From assembly GCA_021824345.1 (NCBI GenBank), contig JAKAKW010000010.1, forward strand, positions 1 to 48,986: a DNA stretch of 48,986 nt, written 5' to 3'. Position numbers and translations under genes: made by a program. Source of the stretch: a bacterium (GTDB lineage Bacteria > Patescibacteriota > Minisyncoccia > Phycocordibacterales > UBA9973). This document shows, piece by piece, positions 9,079-18,098 of the stretch. The notes under the pieces were generated by a model. That model was given only the letters and a program-made list of their open reading frames with translations, was not told the origin of the DNA and did no database searches. The stretch's first letter is position 1; each line of letters opens with the position of its first letter.

Positions 9079-9558
9079 CTACCCGTTTATTTTTACATTC
9101 AGTGAAATATCGGATTTTTTCTCTAAGGATCCATCGGGTCTTTTTTCTGATATCTTGTATGTGTAGACACCCGGTTTCGTTGCCGCAAAGACGTTTAAGG
9201 TAATTATGATTCGCAATCTACTTTTCCCGGTTTCAAATTTTATCTGATTTTCACTTGGGATCAATACTTTGTTTTCGGAGTCAATTATTTCAATAACTAG
9301 GGTTGAAATAAATTCATCCTCTGTCTCAGAAATATTCCTCTCAAGTAAAACAACAAGCGAATGTTCGAAGGGAACTAAAATCTTGTCCTGGGAATGACCG
9401 GTTTCTTGCCCGGGTAGCGCAGAACTTTGGGTTTTATTGATGGAAACTTCCTCAAGAACATTAAATATGCTCAATTGATTAGTTTGTTGATCCACAGAAG
9501 CGTTTTTGCATATTATTGACCAGAGCGCTTTAAAATGATTTTTTGTTTTCTTGTCCAT
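9079..9558 (-). CDS. hypothetical beta-rich protein (DUF6941-like)
   Basis: [22 protein letters not shown]-terminus, PGVYTYKI; third gene of a low-GC operon. Confidence 0.6.
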   Translation of the reverse strand: MDKKTKNHFKALWSIICKNASVDQQTNQLSIFNVLEEVSINKTQSSALPGQETGHSQDKILVPFEHSLVVLLERNISETEDEFISTLVIEIIDSENKVLIPSENQIKFETGKSRLRIIITLNVFAATKPGVYTYKISEKRPDGSLEKKSDISLNVKING

Positions 9559-9563
9559 AATAA

Positions 9564-9947
9564 TTATTTATGCGTTAAGACACTAAACCGGGAAGAGGAT
9601 GAATCAGACTTGCTAACTGTGCAATATGGTGAGAGCATTTCCCTATCGTTAATTATCTCCAATCTCTCAGTTCCTTCCCTATTTTCCATAAAACCGAATT
9701 TTGGAAAAAGAAAATCGGTTTTAATCGCTTTGGCAATCTTATAAAGAAATTCAATGCTTGCGATCATTTTTCCATTTTCTGCTCTTGCCACACTCGGCTG
9801 CTGAGTCCCAATTTTTTCAGCAAGCTCCGCTTGAGACAAACCTGAGTGAATTCTGGCAGCGGTAATAAGTCCTCCTACCTTTATAGCAATTATTTCCTTA
9901 TCAGATAAATTGACACTATTCTCTTTAAAGTATTTCTTGAAGTCCAT
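9564..9947 (-). CDS. XRE/HigA-like HTH antitoxin with C-terminal extension
   Basis: ARIHSGLSQAELAEKIGTQQPSVARAENG. Confidence 0.85.
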   Translation of the reverse strand: MDFKKYFKENSVNLSDKEIIAIKVGGLITAARIHSGLSQAELAEKIGTQQPSVARAENGKMIASIEFLYKIAKAIKTDFLFPKFGFMENREGTERLEIINDREMLSPYCTVSKSDSSSSRFSVLTHK

Positions 9948-10338
9948 TTTGGTTATTTAAATAATTAATAAATTCCGCTACTCGCCCCCGTGCCGCATCC
10001 CTATGCCTATTTTTTATGCATTGTTCCTTCTTTTTGAAAGCGTATAAAGCATAAAAAGTGTGAAATCCGTCTTCTCTGATTAAGCAACCTAAAAACCTTA
10101 TCTCATTTTTCCGGTAAAGATGAAATTTTAATTCCCACATATTCCTTTCACTCTTTACCTTCTCTAGATCACCTAGAGCTTGTACGCGGGTTATTGCCTC
10201 TTGGACATATTTTTTCATTTTTTCTTCTAATGAAGCGAAAAGAAATTTATCCTTCCTGTTCATTGTTTTCAATAAGTCTCTTTCTACCCGGCAAATTCTA
10301 TCTTCGGTAATCCAAAGGTCTATTGACCACTTTTCCAT
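9925..10338 (-). CDS. RelE/ParE superfamily (HigB/Gp49-like) toxin
   Basis: MWELKF...EIRFLG...LYAFKKKEQ; overlaps the downstream HTH gene. Confidence 0.75.
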   Translation of the reverse strand: MEKWSIDLWITEDRICRVERDLLKTMNRKDKFLFASLEEKMKKYVQEAITRVQALGDLEKVKSERNMWELKFHLYRKNEIRFLGCLIREDGFHTFYALYAFKKKEQCIKNRHRDAARGRVAEFINYLNNQNGLQEIL

Positions 10339-10418
10339 TTGATATTTTCGACCTTAATAATAACATATAAGGTATATATACCAAATCCGTTATATAAATG
10401 CAATATTGACTACAAAGT

Positions 10419-11222
10419 CTAGGTATGATGTAAAAAAATTCGAATAATCCGAGTTTTTTCCAAAAACCATTTGGCGGAAAGTTTTTTTACGTTGGCGGTG
10501 ATGTCGGTCACTAAAATTTTTGCGGTGCTCTTTTGGGAAAGCTTGCCGGATATTTGGGAGTGCAGACGAAGATATTCTTTCAATTTCCGCGGGACTATCT
10601 CGTCTTGGGAAATTATTTTCACTTTCTTGCCGGCGATCCGGCGTATTTGCGATTTAAAAAAAGGATAATGGGTGCATCCGAGCACTATCGCTTCCGGTTT
10701 TTTGGCAAGGAGCGGTTTCAAGTATTTGCCGATAAATTTTTCCGCCAGTTTTTTTTCTCCTTCCTCGGCCAAAGGCACCAGCATCGGAGCGGGGTTTTGA
10801 AAAACTTCCGCTTTTCGGTTTTTCTTCAAAATTTCTCTGGAAAAACTGCCGGAAGCCACGGTGCCGGCGGTGGCCAATACTCCGATCCGCGAGTATTTTG
10901 CCGCCTCTTCGGCGGCGGGAATGAGAACGCCCAAAATTTTCCGGCCTGGAAAATTTTGGGCCAGGTATTCCTTCTGCAATTTTCGCAATGCTCTGGCAGA
11001 AGCGGTATTGCAGGCCACGATTACGACGGCGCAATTTTCTTTCCGGAATAGATAGTCCACGCATTCTCGGGCAAATTCATATACCGCATCATGGGAACGG
11101 TTCCCGTATGGCACTCTTTTGGTATCGCCCAAATACGCGTAGTCATATTTAGGCATTTCCCGGCGTATGGCTTTGGCTATAATCAGTCCGCCCAGCCCCG
11201 AATCAAAAATTCCTATCTTCAT
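10419..11222 (-). CDS. murI: glutamate racemase
   Basis: IGIFDSGLGGL, VPYGNRS, VACNTAS, LGCTHYP. Confidence 0.97.
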   Translation of the reverse strand: MKIGIFDSGLGGLIIAKAIRREMPKYDYAYLGDTKRVPYGNRSHDAVYEFARECVDYLFRKENCAVVIVACNTASARALRKLQKEYLAQNFPGRKILGVLIPAAEEAAKYSRIGVLATAGTVASGSFSREILKKNRKAEVFQNPAPMLVPLAEEGEKKLAEKFIGKYLKPLLAKKPEAIVLGCTHYPFFKSQIRRIAGKKVKIISQDEIVPRKLKEYLRLHSQISGKLSQKSTAKILVTDITANVKKLSAKWFLEKTRIIRIFLHHT

Positions 11223-11400
11223 GAGTTTAATATTAGCACACCTTGCAAATCGCCTTATCGTTTTTATTAAAAAACTTGACATTATCTTTACACAGTTATA
11301 CTATTAATAGTGTAATTAATTTCTACCTGCCCGGCAGTTCAGATCGGATACTCACGCATAATGGGCCCTCCCGAGTCCAAATAAATCGGGACAAAGAGCT

Positions 11401-11709
11401 ATGCATAAACGTATCGAGTGCGGAATGGCCGGAAAATCAATAAGGTTTGATTATCTTTTATGGGTCAAAAAACTGGCTGACCGCTACGGCCTTTCCGGCA
11501 TCGCTTTCATTAAGGAAGACGGAAGCATAAAAGTGGTGGCGGAAGGAGAAGAAAAACCGCTTTATAAGTTTGCTTGCAAGCTTAACAAAGGGCACCTATG
11601 GCATGATATCGAGAATTTTTACATTGACTGGTCGGATGCCAGCGGAGAATTCCCGGATTTCCGGGTAGTGGAAGGAGAGGAAGCGGAAAAATTTGAAGAC
11701 ATGATGTAA
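11401..11709 (+). CDS. acylphosphatase-fold protein (catalytic motifs degenerate)
   Basis: GLSG...DGSIKVVAEG pattern, ~100 aa. Confidence 0.7.
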   Translation: MHKRIECGMAGKSIRFDYLLWVKKLADRYGLSGIAFIKEDGSIKVVAEGEEKPLYKFACKLNKGHLWHDIENFYIDWSDASGEFPDFRVVEGEEAEKFEDMM

Positions 11710-11740
11710 AAAGGGAAACACTGGAGTTTCCTTTTTTTAT
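11708..11740 (+). terminator. intrinsic terminator candidate
   Basis: AAAAGGGAAAC-ACTGGA-GTTTCCTTTTTTT. Confidence 0.55.
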
Positions 11741-11756
11741 TTCCTAAAATATAACT

Positions 11757-13433
11757 GTGCAAAAAACCTGCCAAAACTGCGGAAAAAATTTTGAAATCCC
11801 GAAAAAGGATCAGGACTTTTACGAACGGGTAAGCTCCCCCGCCCCGAATTACTGCCCCGATTGCCGAATGCAGAGGCGCCTATCTTTCCGCAACGAGCGC
11901 ACCTTGTACAAAAGGCCTTGCAGTATGTGCAAAAAATCGATTGTTTCCCTGTATCCTGAGAACACAGAGTTTCCGGTATACTGCCACGACTGCTGGTGGA
12001 GCGACAAATGGGACGGCCGGGATTCCGCCTTGGACTATGACTCGTCCAAGCCGTTTTTTGATCAATTCGCGGAACTCATTAAAAAAGTGCCTCGCCTGGC
12101 CCTGAATGTGATCACTAGCACAAACAGCGAATACACCAACAATTCCGGAGACAACAAGAACTGCTATTTGATTTTCGCAGCTGAACAAAACGAAGATTGC
12201 ATGTACGGCCGGCTTATACAGCATTGCAAAGGTTCCGTAGACTGCGCTTTCCTATATGATTCCGAATTGTGCTACGAGTGTCTGGACTGCCGGGGACTTT
12301 ACAATTCCATGTACTGCGAACGATGCCAGTCCAGCACGGATCTATGCTTCTGTTTTGACATGCGAGACTCCAACAACTGCCTTTTCTGCTCGGGCGGACG
12401 GCATATGGCCAATTCCGTCTTTAACAAAAAAGTTTCCAAGGAGGAATTTCTGGAAAAGAAAAGGGAAATCTTTTCTTCACATGAGAAGCTTGAAGAAGCG
12501 AAGAAAAAGTTCAAAGAGCTGAAAGGCAAGTCTTTGGTAAAATACGCTTATGCCACAAAGTGCAATGACGCTACCGGCGATTACATGTTTAACTGCCATG
12601 AGGCAAGACGGCTATTTGACGCTTCAAATGCAAAGGCATGCGCGTATTTGGCGGACGCTGAAGATCCTATAGATACTTATGACGGGAATAATATATATTA
12701 CAAACCGGAACTCTGCTATGACTTAATGGGCATATTGCAATGTTACAGCGTTAAACATTCTTCCTACGTTTTTTACTGCAATAATATTGAATATTGCGAC
12801 AGCTCCTACAACCTCGCGAACTGTTTCGGTTGCAACGGACTGAAAAAGGGAGAATATATGATTCTAAACAAACAATACGGAAAGGAAGAATATGAAAAAA
12901 TAAAATCAGAAATAGTGGAAAGCATGAAAAAGGAAAAAACATATGGAGATTTCTTCCCTCCCCGCTTAAGCCCGTTCGGTTACAATGAAACCTTGGCCAA
13001 AGAATACTTCCCGATGGAAGAAAAAGAAGCTGAAGAGAAAAAATTCAACTGGCAGAAGAACGCGACGGGTACCTACGGCAAGGAGACGATAAAAGAAATT
13101 CCGAAAACTATTGAAGAAGTGGGAGAAAATGCGCTGAAGGAAGTATTTGCCTGCGAAGAATGCAAGAAGAACTTCCGTCTGACAAAATCCGAGCTTGATT
13201 TCTACAAGCGCATGGGCATTCCCCTTCCGCACAAAGACTTTGAGTGCCGGCACCATGAACGGATGTCGGAGCGCAATCCCCGCAAGCTTTGGCATCGACA
13301 GTGCATGTGCGACAAAACCGGCCACCCGGGACACTCCGGCAGAAAATGCGGAAACGAATTTGAAACCAGCTACTCCCTCGACCGTCCGGAAACGGTCTAC
13401 TGTGAAGAATGCTATCAGCAAGAGGTATCGTAA
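11757..13433 (+). CDS. Cys-rich multi-zinc-ribbon protein (family common in CPR)
   Basis: CQNC, CPDC..RRLSFRNERTLYKR, CHDCWWSD, central Cys-rich short repeats, C-terminal CEEC and VYCEECY. Confidence 0.8.
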   Translation: MQKTCQNCGKNFEIPKKDQDFYERVSSPAPNYCPDCRMQRRLSFRNERTLYKRPCSMCKKSIVSLYPENTEFPVYCHDCWWSDKWDGRDSALDYDSSKPFFDQFAELIKKVPRLALNVITSTNSEYTNNSGDNKNCYLIFAAEQNEDCMYGRLIQHCKGSVDCAFLYDSELCYECLDCRGLYNSMYCERCQSSTDLCFCFDMRDSNNCLFCSGGRHMANSVFNKKVSKEEFLEKKREIFSSHEKLEEAKKKFKELKGKSLVKYAYATKCNDATGDYMFNCHEARRLFDASNAKACAYLADAEDPIDTYDGNNIYYKPELCYDLMGILQCYSVKHSSYVFYCNNIEYCDSSYNLANCFGCNGLKKGEYMILNKQYGKEEYEKIKSEIVESMKKEKTYGDFFPPRLSPFGYNETLAKEYFPMEEKEAEEKKFNWQKNATGTYGKETIKEIPKTIEEVGENALKEVFACEECKKNFRLTKSELDFYKRMGIPLPHKDFECRHHERMSERNPRKLWHRQCMCDKTGHPGHSGRKCGNEFETSYSLDRPETVYCEECYQQEVS

Positions 13434-13486
13434 GATTTATTAATTACACCACACAAATAATTTCCGACGTGGCAGGTCGAAATTTT

Positions 13487-14920
13487 CTATTTTCGTCCTT
13501 CGTTTAGGTTTTTAGCTTCTTCTACTTCGGAAAAAAGCGCCGAATCCACCCAGCCGAACCCGTTCCATCTGGAATATACTGAGTGGGCAACATAGTTGTA
13601 TTCCTGCCTAGCTTTTCCAGGTTTTCTCACCTTCACGACAGGAGAATTCTCGGTTTCAGTAAGATTATGAATTATTGTCCTTTCACTTTTCCCTGATAGT
13701 TTCGCAGCATCTTTCACAAATTCCAGAAAAACAGACTCCGGGCACGCACCGTCTAGCCTTGTGCGCGCAGTGACAAATTTGACTACATTATAAGTATAAT
13801 GGTCCATCTTTCCCGTCTCGTTTTTGTTGTCGGGCGCAACCAATTGAATTTCAAATTGTCTGGCGGACTGAGCCAAAGTTATGAATTTCCCATCTTTCTC
13901 CACGGGCTGAAGAATGCCTTTTATCAAAAGCGCCTCAAAGTCTCCCATAGAAGTGGGGTTTGAATCTCCCTCCTCCATCATAAATTCATTTTTTGAAAGA
14001 ACCTCTGATAGATATTCCCCAAGTTTCGCCTTTTGTTCTTCCGATAAGAATGATTTATTTTCAACCGTAATAAAACCGGCTTTCATGGAACCGGTAAGCC
14101 ACTTGGCAAGGATTGGCGCAAGTTCTACCGCCTTGTCTCTGTCTATTGTAATTCTGGAAGCAATACCATCTTTCAAGGCAGTGGCTGCGTTAGCTTCCAC
14201 TCTGGTAATATAACGAAGCATCGCCCTTTCCAAATCTTTTCCTCTTGAGGCGATTGATCCTCTCAGCCCGCCATGAGAAGCAGCGTAGAATTTTTTGCCC
14301 TCGGAATCCTCCTTGGTAAGCACAAGTGGAGTATCTTCCTTTTTGCGAACGACGGAAACAGGCGCTACCATGCTATTCTCAAACACCGCAGTAGCTTCCT
14401 TCAGAACTTCAGCATCATTTTTCAATGTTTCGTAGGCCACTATGGTCGCTTTTACCAAACGGCAGTATAGCAATGACCTGCTTAGCCCCTTCTGCCCGTT
14501 CACTAAAACAGTCTTTTTCATTAAATCAAAAATATCTTTCTTGGAAGTTATAGATGCAGGCCCTATATTAATTTCCTCGTCTTTATATTTAAGAGTATCT
14601 TTCAAAAAATTCTTGCCCTGTTGATATGCATAATCCAGTACTTTGTAAACATCTTTTGATTCCGGGGAATCTCCGTTTTTTAGAATCATTTCAGGATCAA
14701 TATCCAGCTCCCTGTTTATCCATTTCAAAAAATCTTCCTCAGCAGACCCTTCCCTCAGCCCCTGAAAATCAATTGCTGTCGGCCTTTTCTCCGGATCTAT
14801 ATCGTCAAACTGGCCCTTCAACAGGAAAAGCATCCAATCATACTTGCGCAAGGTGACTTCCATACCCTGTTCCGGAGGCAATATTCTTTTTTCTGGAATC
14901 GCTTCAAGCTTCATGCTCAT
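13487..14920 (-). CDS. hypothetical protein with RelA/SpoT-like nucleotidyltransferase motifs
   Basis: SRGKDLERAMLRY, KDGIASRI, FEIQLV in the order of synthetase motifs. Confidence 0.5.
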   Translation of the reverse strand: MSMKLEAIPEKRILPPEQGMEVTLRKYDWMLFLLKGQFDDIDPEKRPTAIDFQGLREGSAEEDFLKWINRELDIDPEMILKNGDSPESKDVYKVLDYAYQQGKNFLKDTLKYKDEEINIGPASITSKKDIFDLMKKTVLVNGQKGLSRSLLYCRLVKATIVAYETLKNDAEVLKEATAVFENSMVAPVSVVRKKEDTPLVLTKEDSEGKKFYAASHGGLRGSIASRGKDLERAMLRYITRVEANAATALKDGIASRITIDRDKAVELAPILAKWLTGSMKAGFITVENKSFLSEEQKAKLGEYLSEVLSKNEFMMEEGDSNPTSMGDFEALLIKGILQPVEKDGKFITLAQSARQFEIQLVAPDNKNETGKMDHYTYNVVKFVTARTRLDGACPESVFLEFVKDAAKLSGKSERTIIHNLTETENSPVVKVRKPGKARQEYNYVAHSVYSRWNGFGWVDSALFSEVEEAKNLNEGRK

Positions 14921-14999
14921 ACATTATTCCACGCAATTTATATTACGCAACTGTCTCCCCTGTATGAAAGCTATCCTGTTTTTGTGCTAAAATCTCGGC

Positions 15000-15590
15000 A
15001 TGGCGGATTACAAAACATACCTCGGCATTCTGTCCGTAGCCCTTCAGCTCATAAGTTATTCAATATACTTCACCGGAATTTGGAAAGGCAGGACCAAGCC
15101 CCATGCTTTCACTTGGATGGTATGGGGATTTATCAGCGTCATCGCTTTTACGGCTATTATCTCCGCCGGCGGAGGTGCCGGAGCGTGGGTACTTGGAATA
15201 AACGCCTTGCTCTGCTTGACCATTTCAGCCATAGGGTTTAAGCAAAAGAGAGTTACCTACGACCTGTATGACTGGCTGGCTCTGATTGGAGGTCTGCTAG
15301 GCGTGTTTTTATGGTGGCAGACAAAGGACCCGCTTTACGCCGTGATATTGGTGGCTCTTTCAGACTCAACTTCCGCCATACCTACTTTCCGTAAAGCATA
15401 TCGCCTGCCGTTTGAAGAAAACGCCCTGGCCTTCTCTATAGGAATCGTCAATTACCCGATAGCAATTCTGGCTTTGAGAACTTTGAATATAACCACATGG
15501 CTCTACCCCGCCACTATCGTGCTCGTTGATGCCATTATCGTGGCAATAATATTCTTCCGCAGAAGGCAACTGGGCAAAAAACCAATGTAA
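15000..15590 (+). CDS. multi-pass membrane protein with internally repeated PQ-loop-like halves
   Basis: ~7 hydrophobic segments; YFTGIWKGRTKPH and IPTFRKAYRLP loops. Confidence 0.7.
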   Translation: MADYKTYLGILSVALQLISYSIYFTGIWKGRTKPHAFTWMVWGFISVIAFTAIISAGGGAGAWVLGINALLCLTISAIGFKQKRVTYDLYDWLALIGGLLGVFLWWQTKDPLYAVILVALSDSTSAIPTFRKAYRLPFEENALAFSIGIVNYPIAILALRTLNITTWLYPATIVLVDAIIVAIIFFRRRQLGKKPM

Positions 15591-15611
15591 AGTTATCCAC
15601 ACATCTTTAAC

Positions 15612-17105
15612 TTATTCTACGCCGTGCTTTTTGTGGAGCTGGGAGATTTCTTTTTCTTCCAGCTCTTCTTTTTTTTCTTTTCCTCTCTCCCCCATCGTTT
15701 CAAGCGCATCATCGGGAAGCATATCCAAGGATTTTACAAGGGCGGAAAGATGTTCAACAGTATTTTTACTAGGATCGTCCAGCACCTCCTCCAAGAGCGC
15801 GTGCAAGATCCAGCCCATGCGCGGACCCGGCTTAACGCCGAGTTCTTTCATCATGAAATTGCCGTCAATTTTTAATTGGCCGACGGAAATGGGATCGCGC
15901 AGAGCTTCCTCAATCATGGCGAAGTACTTGCGAAGACGGTAAGGGGTTTCCTTTTTCTTCATTCCTACCCTGTCTGCTTCCCGTACATTCATAAGCGTCC
16001 AAATATTTTCTTTTCCAACCTTGGTTATAATCCGACGAACGGCAGAAAGGGTAATTTTTTCCGTATCGGAGAAAAACATATGGTTTCGCACCAGTTTTTC
16101 CACCAGTTCAATGTCTTTTCGGGGGAATTTCAGACGTTCCATTATTTTCTTTGCCATTCTGGCGCCGATAACTTCGTGCCCATAGAAAGTATATTTCCCT
16201 TTTCCATTGCCTTTTGTACTATCAAACCGTCTGGACCTGGGTTTGCCAATATCGTGAAACAGGGCCGCCATTCTGATCTCAAAAGGTAGACCTTTGTCCG
16301 CGGAATGCTGGACGGCATGAAGCAAATGGTTCCACACGTCGTATATATGCTCCCCTAATTGTTCACAACCCACTCCCTCCTCAAGTTCCGGAATGATATT
16401 TTTCAGCAATCCGGACTTATGTAACATCGTTATCCCTACAGCAGGGAAAGGCGACATCATTATCTTTACAAACTCATCACGGATCCTTTCGGCTGATATT
16501 TTCTTTATTAAATCGGCGTTTTTAATAATACTTTCCATGGTTTCATGCGAAACAGTGAAGCCAAGCTGTACAGAAAAACGCACCGCTCGCAGCATTCTTA
16601 ACGCATCTTCCTTGAATCTTTCGTCCGGCTTCCCTACTGTCCTTATTGTCTTTTTCTCAATGTCCTTTATACCATCAAACATGTCCGTTAGATGTCCTTT
16701 TGAATCTAAAGCCAAAGCATTCATGGTAAAATCCCTGCGTCTCAAATCGTCCTCGAGTTTGTCGCTGAATTTGACTTCGTCCGGATGGCGAAAATCGCTG
16801 TATTTTGCTTCTATCCGATAAGGAGTGATTTCAATTTGCCGGAGAGTTTCATCTTTGACATTTTCATTTATTACAAGTACGGTGCCGAAGTCATTTTCGT
16901 ATACAGTTTTCTCAAACAGGGGCATTATTTCCTCCGGCTTTGCGTTGGTGGCAATATCCCAATCTTTAGGCTTATTTTCTAAGACCAAATCCCTAACACA
17001 TCCTCCGACCATGTATGCCTCAAAACCCGCTTTTTCAAGCTTATTTATTTCATTCAGCACCCCTTTGGGAACTTTCTTTATCAGATCTTTATATTCCTTT
17101 GGCAT
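15612..17105 (-). CDS. cca: CCA tRNA nucleotidyltransferase (class II, HD domain)
   Basis: VGGCVRD, DWDIAT, RRDFTMNA, EDALRMLRAVRF, FHDIGKP; real start MPKEY because the longer ORF overlaps a tRNA. Confidence 0.92.
   Translation of the reverse strand: MPKEYKDLIKKVPKGVLNEINKLEKAGFEAYMVGGCVRDLVLENKPKDWDIATNAKPEEIMPLFEKTVYENDFGTVLVINENVKDETLRQIEITPYRIEAKYSDFRHPDEVKFSDKLEDDLRRRDFTMNALALDSKGHLTDMFDGIKDIEKKTIRTVGKPDERFKEDALRMLRAVRFSVQLGFTVSHETMESIIKNADLIKKISAERIRDEFVKIMMSPFPAVGITMLHKSGLLKNIIPELEEGVGCEQLGEHIYDVWNHLLHAVQHSADKGLPFEIRMAALFHDIGKPRSRRFDSTKGNGKGKYTFYGHEVIGARMAKKIMERLKFPRKDIELVEKLVRNHMFFSDTEKITLSAVRRIITKVGKENIWTLMNVREADRVGMKKKETPYRLRKYFAMIEEALRDPISVGQLKIDGNFMMKELGVKPGPRMGWILHALLEEVLDDPSKNTVEHLSALVKSLDMLPDDALETMGERGKEKKEELEEKEISQLHKKHGVE
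16539..16554. promoter_or_regulatory. parS-like site within cca
   Basis: GGTTTCATGCGAAACA, 13/16 match to TGTTTCACGTGAAACA. Confidence 0.55.
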
Positions 17106-17116
17106 AATATCTTTTG

Positions 17117-17188
17117 TGCACCCGGAGGGATTCGAACCCCCACTAACGGTTCCGAAGACCGTTGTGATATCCATTTCACTACGGGTGC
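17117..17188 (-). tRNA. tRNA-Arg(TCG)
   Basis: GCACCCG/CGGGTGC acceptor, ACGGT-CTTCGGA-ACCGT anticodon arm, GGTTCGAATCC. Confidence 0.95.
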
Positions 17189-17297
17189 CTGTTAATTTGT
17201 AATGCAAATAGTATACACTTTTTGCGGGCAAGATTGCACTTCGAGATCGGATCAATTATAATATTCGCGGGAAAGTTTCTTGATTTGACATCCGTTT

Positions 17298-17368
17298 GCG
17301 GTCATGGTTTAGTGGTAGAACACGTCCTTGCCAAGGATGAGACGGGAGTCCGATTCTCCCTGGCCGCA
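17298..17368 (+). tRNA. tRNA-Gly(GCC)
   Basis: GCGGTCA/TGGCCGC acceptor, CGTCC-TTGCCAA-GGATG; T-loop TCCGATT. Confidence 0.93.
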
Positions 17369-17445
17369 CAGAGATTTTTAAAGTCCATAATCGACATTTT
17401 TTATGTCCTTTATGCGGCTTTTTAATGTCTTTAACTATTAAGTCT

Positions 17446-17466
17446 TTATTCACAATCTGTGGATAA
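17446..17466. promoter_or_regulatory. inverted pair of DnaA-box-like sites
   Basis: TTATTCACA (17446-17454) and TGTGGATAA (17458-17466). Confidence 0.6.
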
Positions 17467-17583
17467 CTATGTGAGTATTGTTTATAAAGGACGTCTTTTA
17501 TGATGTCTTTTTGAAGTGACTTTTATAAGAAATAGCTTGACAAATAAGAATATTTTTGTAAAAGTCATTAAAAATCCTTATTT

Positions 17584-17626
17584 AGTTTCACGTGATAGAA
17601 TTTTAATAATTGTTTCGTATGAAACT
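17584..17626. promoter_or_regulatory. two parS-like sites upstream of yraN
   Basis: AGTTTCACGTGATAGA (13/16) and TGTTTCGTATGAAACT (12/16). Confidence 0.55.
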
Positions 17627-17653
17627 TTCATTAATTTACAAAATTTATAAAAT

Positions 17654-18067
17654 ATGCCAAAGGTTTTTACATCTAAAAAACAAAAAATCGGAGAGGTGGG
17701 AGAGAATATTGCTACACGGTTTCTTATGAAACATGGGTTTAAAATTATAGAAAGAAACTACACAAAACCATGTGGGGAAATAGATATTGTCGCTATAAAG
17801 TCAGGTAAGCTGTTCTTTGTCGAGGTAAAATCAATTTCTACTTTTGTATTTGGTCGCAACGAGAAACATGGTGCATGCGACAGTTATCGGCCAGAGGAGA
17901 ATATACACCCGCTCAAAATGCGTCGCATGGCCCGCACTGTCCAAACATATCTTTTACAAAGGCACGTTTCATGCGAAACTGAATGGCAAGTGGATTTAAT
18001 TGTAATATTTATGAATTTCAAGGACAGGATAGCAAGAATAAAAGTGGTAAAGGACATAATCTTATGA
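17654..18067 (+). CDS. yraN: YraN family (UPF0102) nuclease
   Basis: GEVGENIA..FL..GFKIIERNY...GEIDIVA...FFVEVK. Confidence 0.93.
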   Translation: MPKVFTSKKQKIGEVGENIATRFLMKHGFKIIERNYTKPCGEIDIVAIKSGKLFFVEVKSISTFVFGRNEKHGACDSYRPEENIHPLKMRRMARTVQTYLLQRHVSCETEWQVDLIVIFMNFKDRIARIKVVKDIIL

Positions 18068-18098
18068 TAGAATCAGAAAGCTTTTCGGGGGATTGGAC

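Noticed and set aside
7082-10400. Xer recombinase plus tRNA-Leu as an integrated element
   Set aside because: No duplicated tRNA 3' end seen, xth intervenes, and the recombinase looks housekeeping; no dif-like site recognised
11325-11400. Possible riboswitch ahead of the acylphosphatase-like gene
   Set aside because: Only short, weak pairings; no recognisable family or expression platform
17106-17255. N-terminal extension of cca
   Set aside because: Overlaps tRNA-Arg on the same strand
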